Shown: one piece after another, positions 40,517 through 51,079 of the stretch
Layout of the letters: each line of letters opens with the position of its first letter
How positions within the stretch are numbered: the stretch's first letter is position 1
From: a virus
IMG/VR virus record: IMGVR_UViG_3300030329_005813
Coordinates: 96,001-160,000 of that record
Reading direction: 5' to 3' (one strand)
Length of the DNA stretch: 64,000 bases
The notes under the pieces: model-generated
Told to the model about the DNA's origin: nothing
Seen by the model: the letters and a program-made list of their open reading frames with translations, nothing else
Databases searched by the model: none
Translations under genes and position numbers: made by a program

Positions 40517-41190
40517 TATTTATCTCCTTTTAATTTCTTATCATAACTTTGAACCTGCTCAGAATCTTTAGTCCTGTTCGATTCGTGAATCCTATACTTA
40601 TAAAGGGGTAGGGGTAAATTGTATACCTTATACTTTTCTTTAAATCTTCGGATCATTTCGTGCCCCTCCCTCATCTTATAATCCTCATCATAAAAACCAA
40701 CGTCACATAAAGACTCATATGTAAACATAATGCCACACGCAACAAACTCTTTTTCTGCGCTATGACGACTCATAAGTTGACCCGTATTGTCAACTTTAAA
40801 ATAATCGCAAGCAACGGCCTGACAGTTCATTTCTGAATTCATAATTCTAGGGCCGGAGTTCATATCAAGAAATGTGGACAGCATATAGAGAAAGTGGCGC
40901 GAGACATAATCATCGGAATCAATCCTAACAAAATACTGTCCTAAACTATTTTGCAGTATTTTGTTTAGAGACGATGGTAGTCCCAAATTCTTTTCGTTAT
41001 TAATCAATCGAATATTAAGGTGGTCTGAAAAAATATTACATACATCTTCCAGTCTTTCTTCCGGATCATCGTTGACTAAAATAATTTCAAACTTATCTTT
41101 TCCTATCGTTTGGTTAACAAGGCTTCGTAAACATCGATGAAGCCATCTTTTTTGTTTATAACAGCTGATCCCTACTGTAATTTTATACAT
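40516..41190 (-). CDS. Glycosyltransferase family 2
   Basis: CLRSLVNQT..EIILVND, NLGL, RIDSDD (DxD), LYKYR. Confidence 0.9.
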   Translation of the reverse strand: MYKITVGISCYKQKRWLHRCLRSLVNQTIGKDKFEIILVNDDPEERLEDVCNIFSDHLNIRLINNEKNLGLPSSLNKILQNSLGQYFVRIDSDDYVSRHFLYMLSTFLDMNSGPRIMNSEMNCQAVACDYFKVDNTGQLMSRHSAEKEFVACGIMFTYESLCDVGFYDEDYKMREGHEMIRRFKEKYKVYNLPLPLYKYRIHESNRTKDSEQVQSYDKKLKGDK

Positions 41191-42089
41191 AACTCTAGTA
41201 TGCCTTTCAAAGCCTTTGTTTGGCTTTCTACCGTTGCCCCCGCAACGTGAGGCGTAATTACTATATTGTCTCTTTTAAGATTAAAAAGTTTAGACTGCCT
41301 AAGGTCTTCAATATTTTGTTCATTACACAAAACATCACAAGAATAAAAAATCTTATCTTCTATAATAAGGTCATAAATGTAGTCTTCGTCTACAGTTTCG
41401 CCCCTCGATGTATTGACGACAATTAAATTTTCTTTAAAATTATCTAATACACCGTTGCTTATTATTCCTTTAGTTTCATCTGTAAGATAACAACTTATAC
41501 ATAATATATCAACTTTTTGTAGGTTTGTCAAGGAAAAAACTCTTTTATATTGATAACTTCCGACATATGGGTCGTAGTACTCAACATTCATCCCAAAAGC
41601 CTTAGCATATTTGGCTATTTTTCTTCCTATCCTTCCGAGTCCAATAATCCCTATATTTTTGCCGGCCAGCTCATTTGACCGCAAAAATCTTTCATTTTCA
41701 TCATCTCTCCATTTATCAACATTGTTTACGGCCGGCACAAACTTTCGAAAGGCATTCATAATGTGCAACCAAGTAAACTCTGCGGAGGCGTGAATATTTT
41801 CAAGAATATCTCGATTATCCAAAAGGCATTTTACAGGAATATTCCTTAGGCCCAAATAATGCATATCTAGGTGGTTCACTCCTGTTGACGGAGTGCCAAC
41901 TACTTTAAGGCTTGGATATTTAGCGAAATGATTCTTATCTAAAAATACATCGGTACCTGGGTTTACAATAATGCATTCTGGATCATGACTATCTAATGTA
42001 TAACCCAGCGAATCAATAATTGAATTAAAATCTTGTATCTGTAAAAAATTAATTGGACATTCAATTTTAACGCGCACTTCTTTCCTCAA
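41172..42089 (-). CDS. D-isomer-specific 2-hydroxyacid dehydrogenase (SerA-like catalytic core)
   Basis: [35 protein letters not shown]. Confidence 0.9.
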   Translation of the reverse strand: MRKEVRVKIECPINFLQIQDFNSIIDSLGYTLDSHDPECIIVNPGTDVFLDKNHFAKYPSLKVVGTPSTGVNHLDMHYLGLRNIPVKCLLDNRDILENIHASAEFTWLHIMNAFRKFVPAVNNVDKWRDDENERFLRSNELAGKNIGIIGLGRIGRKIAKYAKAFGMNVEYYDPYVGSYQYKRVFSLTNLQKVDILCISCYLTDETKGIISNGVLDNFKENLIVVNTSRGETVDEDYIYDLIIEDKIFYSCDVLCNEQNIEDLRQSKLFNLKRDNIVITPHVAGATVESQTKALKGILELCIKLQ

Positions 42090-42771
42090 GTAAAATTTCT
42101 GCTAATCTAAAATCCATAAATGTATCGATATTGACAGAGCAGTCTTCTGGCATTAAATATGGACGGCAATCATTACCATGCCTTGAGAACCAATCTACAA
42201 TACATTCTCTTGTCATTGCAAAAATAGCTCCGTTTCTTATATAACAAGGCTCTAAGTCCTGCCTTCGTGAGCCTTCCCCCTCTGGGAATTCTGTGGTAAA
42301 GTCTCTAATTTGATCTTCTATAATCCTTTTCATCCTGACTGGATGTTTATCCTGGACCGAGGTTAGAGACGTTACGCTGTCGGCTCCGGTAGCAATTAAT
42401 TTATCTACAGCTTCTACAATGTGTTTTGACGTCCTTAGAGGGGCCACACAAGGCAGTTCAACCACATAATCATATGTTACCCCGTAATGTTTCTCCGAAG
42501 CCAGTACGGCGTGCTTAAGAGCGTCCCTAGACCATATATGATCTTGGGCCAACTCGTCTGGCCTCATAAACGGAACATCAGCGCCGAGATCTTTAGCAAT
42601 TGAAGCAATTTCTTTGCAATCTGTACTAACAACAAGGTGTGTAAATCTTTTACTGGCTAGCGCTGCCTCAATAGTCCAAGCAATAAGTGGCTTGCCGTGA
42701 ATCATTTTTATGTTTTTTCTTGGGACTCCTTTGGAGCCACCGCGAGCTAAAATTACTGCTATTGTGTTCAT
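42067..42771 (-). CDS. neuA: CMP-N-acetylneuraminate (nonulosonate) synthetase
   Basis: [50 protein letters not shown]. Confidence 0.93.
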   Translation of the reverse strand: MNTIAVILARGGSKGVPRKNIKMIHGKPLIAWTIEAALASKRFTHLVVSTDCKEIASIAKDLGADVPFMRPDELAQDHIWSRDALKHAVLASEKHYGVTYDYVVELPCVAPLRTSKHIVEAVDKLIATGADSVTSLTSVQDKHPVRMKRIIEDQIRDFTTEFPEGEGSRRQDLEPCYIRNGAIFAMTRECIVDWFSRHGNDCRPYLMPEDCSVNIDTFMDFRLAEILLEERSAR

Positions 42772-43601
42772 TATAGATCCTTCACTAAATTATTAATTTC
42801 ATCTGCTAAGTTATTCATTATTAAAGTATAACGTTCTTTTTTTTCATTTATGCTAAGCCCTAAAACATCTAAAGATGCATATTCTTGAAGAATTTTATTT
42901 AAAACCGAATCTAAAACAACTTTTTTATTAGTATGTTTTATAACATCAATTAGCATCAATATTTCAAGCAAACCATTATGCTTTTCTACGATAGTTTTAT
43001 TGTGACTGACGGGTTTATTTTTTTGCAACATATGGCCGCCGCCGTGATACATTGTAAATCCAGTTATGTATACTTCTTTTGCATCAGAAGCTATCGACTC
43101 CATAATGGCGTTAAAACCAAGCTGGGGCCAAACATTATAAGGAGATTTAGAATTTATATTAGCCACTCTATTTTTACCATAACCATTCTCTGTGGCATAA
43201 TCTTTTAAAATATATGCATACTGCTCGGAAGTATAGGACGTTGCTGAAATACCGTGATACATTTTATTTTCTAGCTTAGTTCCTAGTTTGCATTCAGGGT
43301 GTCTGGTAAATTTAATGCTAGTCTTTGCCAACACATCATAATCTGCCTGATGGTTAACCACCGAACTGTACATAACGTGCGTTTCGTCCCCAACAAAATC
43401 TTTATATGTATTAAACCCTTTCATTGGTAACCACTTAAGTCGAATTACGACGTCATATTCATCGATTTTAGAACCATTTGTTTCCAACAAAATGTGCTTC
43501 GATGGTCCAACAATCGCAACTCGTTTTCCCTTTAAATAATTATTATATTGTTCTTCGGGCTTAATAGCGTTTAAAAAACTTTCTACTCTTTCTGGGGTCA
43601 C
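42771..43601 (-). CDS. GT29-like sialyltransferase
   Basis: Sialylmotif L-like [22 protein letters not shown]-like [15 protein letters not shown]-like HNGLLE; between neuA and neuB. Confidence 0.75.
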   Translation of the reverse strand: MTPERVESFLNAIKPEEQYNNYLKGKRVAIVGPSKHILLETNGSKIDEYDVVIRLKWLPMKGFNTYKDFVGDETHVMYSSVVNHQADYDVLAKTSIKFTRHPECKLGTKLENKMYHGISATSYTSEQYAYILKDYATENGYGKNRVANINSKSPYNVWPQLGFNAIMESIASDAKEVYITGFTMYHGGGHMLQKNKPVSHNKTIVEKHNGLLEILMLIDVIKHTNKKVVLDSVLNKILQEYASLDVLGLSINEKKERYTLIMNNLADEINNLVKDL

Positions 43602-44284
43602 TTAGCCACCTTAGAAATATTATTAAACTGCTGGCCGTACTCTCTAATCATTTTTAACTCTGACAAATCCATTGAGCCAATATGATCGTTCCCTTCCATT
43701 CCCTTATTTAAAGTAAAGTGTTTTTCTATTACTTGTGCGCCGTGGGCTACATTGTATAGTGCGTATGCTGGCCCGTAGGAGTGATCACTGAACCCTACTA
43801 TTTTATCGTTGTAATAAAACTTTTGAAGATCCAAGAAACTTGTTGGATATTTAGAGATGCAATTAAAATATTTAACGTTATTATACTCAAATGGCAACCA
43901 CTCATTTCTCCACATACCCAATGAAATATATGTTAACTTATTAGTTGAAATAACCTTTTCACATAATGCCGGCTCTTTTACGATTGTTCTGCTGGCAATC
44001 TTATACAGTTTAACGCCCAGAGTTTCACACCAATCAATTTTTTCTTCATCAAATACAGATGCAAAAAATTCTATACCGTGCGCTTCACATATATCTTTAA
44101 TTTGCTTTACCTGACAAAAAGTAAACTCATTGCGTTTTCTTGACTCGTCTCCAAAAACTCTTACTGAATCATACAGCTGAAATTTTGCGTAATCGGCGCC
44201 TCCGACAGCAGACTGTCGAATTAGCTCTTCTATTTTACGAAAGTCTCCGTTATGATTGATTCCGATCTCTGATATAATCTTCAC
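43598..44284 (-). CDS. neuB: N-acetylneuraminate (nonulosonate) synthase, lacking C-terminal SAF domain
   Basis: ISEIGINHNGD, GADYAKFQ, YKIAS, CISKYPT, GFSDHS, IEKHFTL, DH. Confidence 0.93.
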   Translation of the reverse strand: MKIISEIGINHNGDFRKIEELIRQSAVGGADYAKFQLYDSVRVFGDESRKRNEFTFCQVKQIKDICEAHGIEFFASVFDEEKIDWCETLGVKLYKIASRTIVKEPALCEKVISTNKLTYISLGMWRNEWLPFEYNNVKYFNCISKYPTSFLDLQKFYYNDKIVGFSDHSYGPAYALYNVAHGAQVIEKHFTLNKGMEGNDHIGSMDLSELKMIREYGQQFNNISKVAK

Positions 44285-45231
44285 TTGATTCCCCTTAAAT
44301 TTTCAAAAATTTCAATTGTCTCTGTATATTCATATTGCTCTAAATATGGTTTGCACATCTGATAAATAACTTTTAAAATGTTTGCGGCTCCGGAGGCCAA
44401 TTTTTGATCCTCTAGACTTGGCAAGATGGTCGATTTATATTTTAATACCTCTGACTTAGGTGGCGTTGGTATTTTTAATTTACCCGATATCTGTAAAATA
44501 TCTTGCAGTAACTCTATTTCTTCTTTGTTTTGCATTACAATTTTTTCAAATCTTATCGCGTGAACATTTTTAATTTTATGATTTTGTATGTCTAAATTTA
44601 GTCTATCTTGAATCATTGTCCACCGTAAGACATATAACAAATTCCACAAAACAGGCCTTACCCGAGTATTAACTTGCCATCCAGTTTCAGACGTTGGTTG
44701 CATTTTCCATCTTAGATCACCAAGAGCAGTAAACAAATATCCAATAGCGTCGACCAAATCAATACTATTTGCATTATTTTGGTAATTTGCCCTATCCTGC
44801 ATAAGAAGTCTTAAAAAATAATTATCTGATTCATACATTGCGACATCTATAGGATCCCTAACAACGTTAATAATTGATGACTCCGGAAAAGCACTGTTTA
44901 TTAGCGGCGTCATTAAACAAAAAGTAGATAGTTTACAGCAATTATGTTTAGGGCCGTGTGGAGATCTAGATTGAATTATTCTGTCTCGAAAACTATCACT
45001 ATCTTTTTGAGCGACCTCATCAAACGGCCACTTAGTTTCTAGTATATCTTGAAGACTACCGGGACTATAGTTGCCATCCATAGAATAAAAAGGCCCTGTT
45101 TTCCAAGCAAAAACATTATCATTTCTTGAGTTTAATCTTCGACCAAGATCATAGCCGTTAATACTAGCTATATCTGCTATATAATAGGCCCCTGACCACC
45201 ATACTCCTGATATGAAGATTTGCTCATGCAC
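44281..45231 (-). CDS. Sulfotransferase-fold protein (divergent)
   Basis: IFISGVWWSG in place of the 5'-PSB loop, FPESSIINVVRDPIDV (3'-PB), IRFEKI. Confidence 0.6.
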   Translation of the reverse strand: MHEQIFISGVWWSGAYYIADIASINGYDLGRRLNSRNDNVFAWKTGPFYSMDGNYSPGSLQDILETKWPFDEVAQKDSDSFRDRIIQSRSPHGPKHNCCKLSTFCLMTPLINSAFPESSIINVVRDPIDVAMYESDNYFLRLLMQDRANYQNNANSIDLVDAIGYLFTALGDLRWKMQPTSETGWQVNTRVRPVLWNLLYVLRWTMIQDRLNLDIQNHKIKNVHAIRFEKIVMQNKEEIELLQDILQISGKLKIPTPPKSEVLKYKSTILPSLEDQKLASGAANILKVIYQMCKPYLEQYEYTETIEIFENLRGIK

Positions 45232-45898
45232 CGATAATCTCCAAGTTTTTTAACGTTGGCAAATCTGCATTGGTAATCATCTTGAAATTAACATCGGGAT
45301 TGCGCTTCACCACGTCAATAAAGTGCTCAACCATATTTGTTCTATCCATTTTGGCCTTTTGCTGCTTCAATGGGGCCTGCCAAGGACGTCGGAAAAGATA
45401 GTCATTCTGGTAGAAATCAAGTCCAACAACCCACAAATTCTTGGGTTTCAGCATATGAGCAGCGTAAATAATGGCCAAAACACCAGTATTTGGATGTTTT
45501 TTAGCGTAATTGCCCACCCCTTGAAAGAAATCGTTGTATCCAAGCAGCTCTTCTGGTAGCATATGGCATTTAAGATTATAGCTTTCATAAAGACGTTTCA
45601 TACCCAATATCATATGATCTAATTCACATTTGGTAAATTGAATATTTTGAATGTTAAGCTCTTTGTAATGTTCAGGTAGCAATGGGGCCGTATCTAGACG
45701 GTTTACAAAGTGAACTATTTCTTTACCTTTTAGTTCCGGTGCAACAATAGAGTACTCTGAGTCTTCGTTGTTTATGTTTCTATCAAAGTTGTTGACCATA
45801 TAACAGTGATTAAACTTGTCGGATACTTGTGGTAGTCTGGCTACACTTGCACCTTTTAAAATGACACCAAAGTCATTTAAGTTTTTTGGAAAGTACAC
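45224..45898 (-). CDS. Second sialyltransferase-like protein (GT29/GT42/Maf-like fold)
   Basis: VILKGAS..CYMVNNF and PNTGVLAI..LWVVGLDFY resemble the TxG..IYLxGxDFY motif of CMP-sugar transferases. Confidence 0.6.
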   Translation of the reverse strand: MYFPKNLNDFGVILKGASVARLPQVSDKFNHCYMVNNFDRNINNEDSEYSIVAPELKGKEIVHFVNRLDTAPLLPEHYKELNIQNIQFTKCELDHMILGMKRLYESYNLKCHMLPEELLGYNDFFQGVGNYAKKHPNTGVLAIIYAAHMLKPKNLWVVGLDFYQNDYLFRRPWQAPLKQQKAKMDRTNMVEHFIDVVKRNPDVNFKMITNADLPTLKNLEIIGA

Positions 45899-45900
45899 TG

Positions 45901-46743
45901 TTACCTCGTAATCATAAAACTGCGAACGATTTTACGACTGCCTGAATCCATATGTTCGTGACAAGCAAACTTAGCTAAATGATCATTGCTTACATTATTA
46001 TACAACCCTCGATGAAACCCATCTGTGTGTATCGTGCGAACCGGTTCATACCCTGCCATTTTGAACAGCTGTGGTTGTGGAACTGGCGTTGCAATAACCC
46101 ACTTGCTGTTGAACCCAATCTTAAAATACTCTCGAAGAATCTTTTCAAAATCATTGTCATTGTCATAGGTGTTTGGATGGACTTCAAGAAGAATATTAGT
46201 GTGCCCTTCGTTCTTAGAAAAATAGTTTAGGCCACCTTCAAAAATCTTGACTTCGTGTCCTTCAACATCCATTTTTATGAAATTAGGATAACGACGGTCT
46301 TGCAGAAACGTCTCAAGCGAGTAGCAAGGTATATTTTTCTTGTTAACACTATATTTGTTCCTCTTAACACTGCTTAAGTTAGGTTTTGAGGCTTCCCAAA
46401 ACTCTACTACACCATCGTGTCCAGAAATGGCACACTTAGTAACTTCACACCTATCGTTATAATCATTATCTTCTACATTTTTACGCAATATATCAATACT
46501 CTGAGAGTCTGGTTCTACGGCGTATACAAAGCCTTCAGGGCCTACGTTTCGTAGCATAGGCAAAGTAGTGTATCCAATGTTACCACCCAAGTCTAGGCAC
46601 ACCATACCCTCCTTAACGGTCTCATTAAGCAGAGACATAAAAGCCTTTTCGCGGCCGCCTTGATAGTACAAGACACTAGAGATGCCTCCGTCATTAATGT
46701 TTAGATTCATTTTAAAATCGTCAATCTGTTTTTGTACAAGCAT
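45901..46743 (-). CDS. FkbM-family methyltransferase
   Basis: LDLGGNIGY, AVEP, IKMDVEGHE, LLEVH. Confidence 0.92.
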   Translation of the reverse strand: MLVQKQIDDFKMNLNINDGGISSVLYYQGGREKAFMSLLNETVKEGMVCLDLGGNIGYTTLPMLRNVGPEGFVYAVEPDSQSIDILRKNVEDNDYNDRCEVTKCAISGHDGVVEFWEASKPNLSSVKRNKYSVNKKNIPCYSLETFLQDRRYPNFIKMDVEGHEVKIFEGGLNYFSKNEGHTNILLEVHPNTYDNDNDFEKILREYFKIGFNSKWVIATPVPQPQLFKMAGYEPVRTIHTDGFHRGLYNNVSNDHLAKFACHEHMDSGSRKIVRSFMITR

Positions 46744-47647
46744 TTAGTGTCTCCTCTAGAAAAGTTGCATATCTTTCAGATACATCAACCATATCAATAT
46801 TACTATTATAACCGTTTGTTATAACTTTGTCAAACTTCATTTCAGGTAAATTTGTAGTACTAGCTGGGCTATAGTCCCACGGCTCTTCATATATTACAAT
46901 CGCATCGGGTCCAGCTATCTCTTTAGTGCCAGCTATCGATGAACAAATAACTTGACACCCAGCGGCTCTTGCATCCACCACTGTGTTTGGACAAGAATCA
47001 TATCTTGCTAAATGTATAAAATATTTAGATCTCTTGTATAGGGCATATAAGTTTTGGATATCAATATCACCAACAAAAAATATTCTATCGTGTATAATAG
47101 TGTCTTTGACGTCAACGTGACCAGCAACAACTAAACAATCGTTAGGCCCGGAATGTTCTAAGAAATATTTTATATTTTCTTTTAATCTTTTCCATCTGCG
47201 CCAAGTTGCGGCGGAACACCATATGGTCTCAAACTTATCAAGAATTGGGTGACCCAAGGGCGCTATAGAGTTCATATACTCTATGTCAGCACCGTTGTTG
47301 ACTACGGTATAGTTTGGGTGCTCTCCAAAATATTTAAATGAAATATCTCTATTAAACTCTGATTGGAAGATTACGCCGTCAGCTTGGCTATAGGAGCGCA
47401 ATATATTACTATTACGCAATTCATAGTTTTGATCCGGGTCAAAATAAATACCGTCTAGTCTTAATACTAGTGGTTCTGTTTTGACTATTTGTCGAGTTTC
47501 AATAAATGACAGCTTGATATCGGCACCATCCTGCGGAGGGACCAAGCATCGATGACCTAGACGATCTAGATATTTAATAAGCTTTGTCCCAAAATGATTT
47601 GGGCCTGAGCGCGACATTATGTTAACGTTATCAAATAATACGTTCAT
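46721..47647 (-). CDS. Glycosyltransferase family 4 (GT-B)
   Basis: RLDG, IFQSEF, DSCPNTVVDARAAG..GTKE; start reassigned to ATG 47647. Confidence 0.85.
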   Translation of the reverse strand: MNVLFDNVNIMSRSGPNHFGTKLIKYLDRLGHRCLVPPQDGADIKLSFIETRQIVKTEPLVLRLDGIYFDPDQNYELRNSNILRSYSQADGVIFQSEFNRDISFKYFGEHPNYTVVNNGADIEYMNSIAPLGHPILDKFETIWCSAATWRRWKRLKENIKYFLEHSGPNDCLVVAGHVDVKDTIIHDRIFFVGDIDIQNLYALYKRSKYFIHLARYDSCPNTVVDARAAGCQVICSSIAGTKEIAGPDAIVIYEEPWDYSPASTTNLPEMKFDKVITNGYNSNIDMVDVSERYATFLEETLNACTKTD

Positions 47648-47648
47648 T

Positions 47649-48260
47649 TTATTTTGGTGTTGCAATAATAACTTGACACTCTTTTTGCATTGGTGTCATA
47701 AAGTGTTTTTCGATATTAAAATGTTGTGAGATATAATTTCCAAACTCTCTAAATGACCACTCCCTAACATGCATAGTGTTGTGTGGTGGCCCATTAACTT
47801 TTACATCCCAACCAAAACTTTTCTGTAGAGCCTGTATAACATCTCTATCGGGAGTCGAAATAACAAGGTGCTTAAAGTTTATATTTCCAATAAACGCTAG
47901 AAGCTCATCTGGATCTAAAACGTGTTCCACAACATCCGAACATATAATCAAATCAAATGGCTCTTCCGGGGGACTATTGAAGTCTGATTTTCTAAAATCG
48001 TAAAGAGGGTATTTGTCTTTAATAAAGGACAAATTGGGCTCTAGATCTAGACCGACAAACTTTTTATCTCTAAAATACTTTATGAGCTTGTAGGCTGAAC
48101 CGCAACCAATATCTAGTACTGTTTTATATTTGTTTTCAACGCATAACTTGCGAGCAGCTTGATACACTTCATCTTGAAACTGATCTGTATGCGACATTTG
48201 TTCGCAAGTTACGAACTCTGTTCGATGCGTATACCCTTCATAAATGCAGTAATCTTTCAT
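47649..48260 (-). CDS. Class I SAM-dependent methyltransferase
   Basis: VLDIGCGS, FDLIICSDVVEHV, ISTP, HVREW. Confidence 0.9.
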   Translation of the reverse strand: MKDYCIYEGYTHRTEFVTCEQMSHTDQFQDEVYQAARKLCVENKYKTVLDIGCGSAYKLIKYFRDKKFVGLDLEPNLSFIKDKYPLYDFRKSDFNSPPEEPFDLIICSDVVEHVLDPDELLAFIGNINFKHLVISTPDRDVIQALQKSFGWDVKVNGPPHNTMHVREWSFREFGNYISQHFNIEKHFMTPMQKECQVIIATPK

Positions 48261-48990
48261 AGGGCCTCTTAAAACGTATTTGTTGTTCTATTCTAAGCTG
48301 ATCTTTACGATGGATCCTATCAACAGAAATAGGATTTTTTCTATTGTATACATACATAATCTGCTTAATCTCACGAAAATGTTCTGGGCCGGACATTTCG
48401 GCCATCGGGTACATCATTGCTTGATCAAATGTAAACTTATAAAAGTCGCCGTCTTCATCTTTTAAATCATCAAGTTTAATTTTTAAAAACAACTCTCTCC
48501 TAAAAGTTCTAAGATGTGATATGGTCCACGGCTTCATACGAATGTTGCCTTGCCAGTATCTATCAACAATACTCGGACAGCTTATCATACCGGCCATATT
48601 ATCGATATATGAACCAGCAGTCATCCAAACATCGCCAGAGTTATATACATCATTAAGCTTACTTAAAATGCTGTCAGACGGAAACCAATCATCTCCGTCA
48701 AGCGTAACAATAATAGAATTTTCTTTGGCGCCTTGAATATGGTGGTATAGATTGTATAAAGCTTTTTGATTTGTTTTGTTGTTTACAATCTTGACCTTTG
48801 CAGCAGTCTCTGCTTCATCAAGTACTTGTTGTACAACTGTGGCTGTTTCATCTGTTGAACAATCATTAATGTATACTATATCATAGTTATTGTAGTCTTG
48901 CCCCAGCGCTGAGCCTAGGCACTTTTGTACCCAGGACTCATTGTTGTACGATGGTATAATTATAGTAAAATGATTATCCATTAAAAGCAT
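48238..48990 (-). CDS. Glycosyltransferase family 2
   Basis: IIIPSYN, INDCSTD, LDGDD, HLRTF; true start may be ATG 48981. Confidence 0.9.
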   Translation of the reverse strand: MLLMDNHFTIIIPSYNNESWVQKCLGSALGQDYNNYDIVYINDCSTDETATVVQQVLDEAETAAKVKIVNNKTNQKALYNLYHHIQGAKENSIIVTLDGDDWFPSDSILSKLNDVYNSGDVWMTAGSYIDNMAGMISCPSIVDRYWQGNIRMKPWTISHLRTFRRELFLKIKLDDLKDEDGDFYKFTFDQAMMYPMAEMSGPEHFREIKQIMYVYNRKNPISVDRIHRKDQLRIEQQIRFKRPYERLLHL

Positions 48991-51079
48991 TCATCCAAAA
49001 ATAATCTTTTCTAGTTTTTAGATACTTTATAATTTCTTCATTTGGCTGATTAAACCACTCTTCATTACGATGCTGAACATACTCGTTTGTATGTAGCTGG
49101 CATCCTAATAGCTTGGCTTCAATGGCTAACCTGGGGCAAGTATCGTAGCCAGCTGGCAAAGCACAGAGGCCTTTGGCCTGCGCTAACCTTTTAAGAAACT
49201 GGTTGTATTCCATTCCAAAAATAACTTCGTGTTCAACATTGTTTTCTTTACACCAATTTTCTGACTGCGTGGCGCCCTTAACCCAACTATTTGATCCAAG
49301 AACAATCCATTTATTATCGCGAGGCTCATTTTCATACTTTCGATTTAAAAGATCAATTCTTTCAAAGAACTGATCATCAAACAAGGAGGACAATACATAT
49401 GTATTTTTTCCATTAACGCTAGGTAACGTATCTTGGTATATCTTTCGCTGCTCTTCGGACATAAAAAATGTTGACTTAGAGTTGGTAACAAACTCTTCTA
49501 TAATAGCACCACGCTCTGTTGCTTTGTAATCACAACTTTCGCCTTCAATGTAATCATATAAAATTGGATTTCTATGCTTACAAAATTTATAATCAAACTC
49601 TACAAATGAATACTGTATTTTACTATCGATAATATAACGAATAACTTCCGAGCTTAGGCCGGCTATATTTCCAAATACCCATTTACTCTCTTTGCAAAAA
49701 TCCACAAATTCTTCGTCAACCATAGAAGAGTTAACCAGCGTAGTCGAACCAGGACTTGATTCAAATAATGTCTTAAGGCTCAACTCTGCCCCGCCTGCAT
49801 ATTGCTGGTGGAATAGATCTGACACAAATACATACTCTGTGGCCTCTAGCTTTGCATCGCCAACAACGTGGTTAGTAAATTGATCGTACAGCTTGTCTTT
49901 TGTAAAATTTTCTAAAATATGCTCTTGTAATGCTTGCGCCATTTTTAAAGCTTTATCATATCTTTTTCTTATCTTACGAAGCTCCATCTTGTAGCTTCCC
50001 TGGTGTGGAAAGCACCACATTGAGCCCTCTTCTATAACACCTTGCCATAGCGCTTCTTTTTGAACAGGGCGCATATCGTAAGTTACATTATTAAAAAGCG
50101 CTCGGACTTTTTTCTTCTTACCGCCACTGGGGCCAGTGGCCATAGCATACAAGAAATCTGTTTGACCGCTCCAGCCTGGGGCGATAATTGGCAAGCCGTT
50201 GTATGCTGCCTCAAATAAAGGTAAGCCATACCCTTCACCGTGAGTAAGCGAAATCATACACTTAACTTTAGGGTGTTGATACAAAGCTGTCAACTCTTCA
50301 GGAGACATATCTCCGTGCAACAAATAAACCTTACATTTTCTATCTGGGTAGGCCTTCAGCAATGGTTTAAGTCTTTCTTCTAAGGTAAACTCTTTATCAA
50401 TCTTGCAATTAGCTTGTGAGTTGGTCTTAATTATTAGTCCGACCTCTTCATCGATATTCTCTTCAATAAACCATTTAATAGAGTTTTCTATATTTTTTCG
50501 CGTTGACCATTGCGCCATTAAAAGATAGTTAAAATCATACTCTAAGTCTAAATTAAAATTTGCATCTGGCTCAAACTCTCTGACCGGGTAGTTAACTACT
50601 TCGATGGGTGTTTTGACTTGTAAATTAATTTTTTCACCGGTTTGTTTATTGTACGCTTCATAGGCTGAGTTAACGAACACATCTTTGGAGTGATTCGAGA
50701 CAACAATAATCTTGTCCATCATATTGGCTTTCTCAATCCAAACCGGTGCTACTCGGGTAGTTTCGATGCCGGCGGTGTAACCAATATTGACATCGGCCAT
50801 TTTTTCCCACTCATTAGGAATGGTAATTTGGAGGGATAGATCAAAATGAGGATTTTCTTCTGACTGTAGATACATAGCAGTGCGTCGAATGTGGTTATCC
50901 ATCCATTGACGCTCTTCATTATCATCATTAATCCAATTGGTATTTCCCCAAGGTATTGGAACTACATAAATGTCAAATTTATCTTCGTGCTTCCTAAGCG
51001 ATCTTAGGGCAAACCTGCTCTGCTCACCATAGCCAGACATAGATAAGACTGGTCCTCTTACGATAATTTTAAACTTCAT
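48974..51079 (-). CDS. Two-domain glycosyltransferase (GT4-like + second GT-B-like domain)
   Basis: SGYG, RKN, HGEGYGLPLFEA; second unit GGAE..KG..DTCPRLAIEAKLLG. Confidence 0.85.
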   Translation of the reverse strand: MKFKIIVRGPVLSMSGYGEQSRFALRSLRKHEDKFDIYVVPIPWGNTNWINDDNEERQWMDNHIRRTAMYLQSEENPHFDLSLQITIPNEWEKMADVNIGYTAGIETTRVAPVWIEKANMMDKIIVVSNHSKDVFVNSAYEAYNKQTGEKINLQVKTPIEVVNYPVREFEPDANFNLDLEYDFNYLLMAQWSTRKNIENSIKWFIEENIDEEVGLIIKTNSQANCKIDKEFTLEERLKPLLKAYPDRKCKVYLLHGDMSPEELTALYQHPKVKCMISLTHGEGYGLPLFEAAYNGLPIIAPGWSGQTDFLYAMATGPSGGKKKKVRALFNNVTYDMRPVQKEALWQGVIEEGSMWCFPHQGSYKMELRKIRKRYDKALKMAQALQEHILENFTKDKLYDQFTNHVVGDAKLEATEYVFVSDLFHQQYAGGAELSLKTLFESSPGSTTLVNSSMVDEEFVDFCKESKWVFGNIAGLSSEVIRYIIDSKIQYSFVEFDYKFCKHRNPILYDYIEGESCDYKATERGAIIEEFVTNSKSTFFMSEEQRKIYQDTLPSVNGKNTYVLSSLFDDQFFERIDLLNRKYENEPRDNKWIVLGSNSWVKGATQSENWCKENNVEHEVIFGMEYNQFLKRLAQAKGLCALPAGYDTCPRLAIEAKLLGCQLHTNEYVQHRNEEWFNQPNEEIIKYLKTRKDYFWMNAFNG

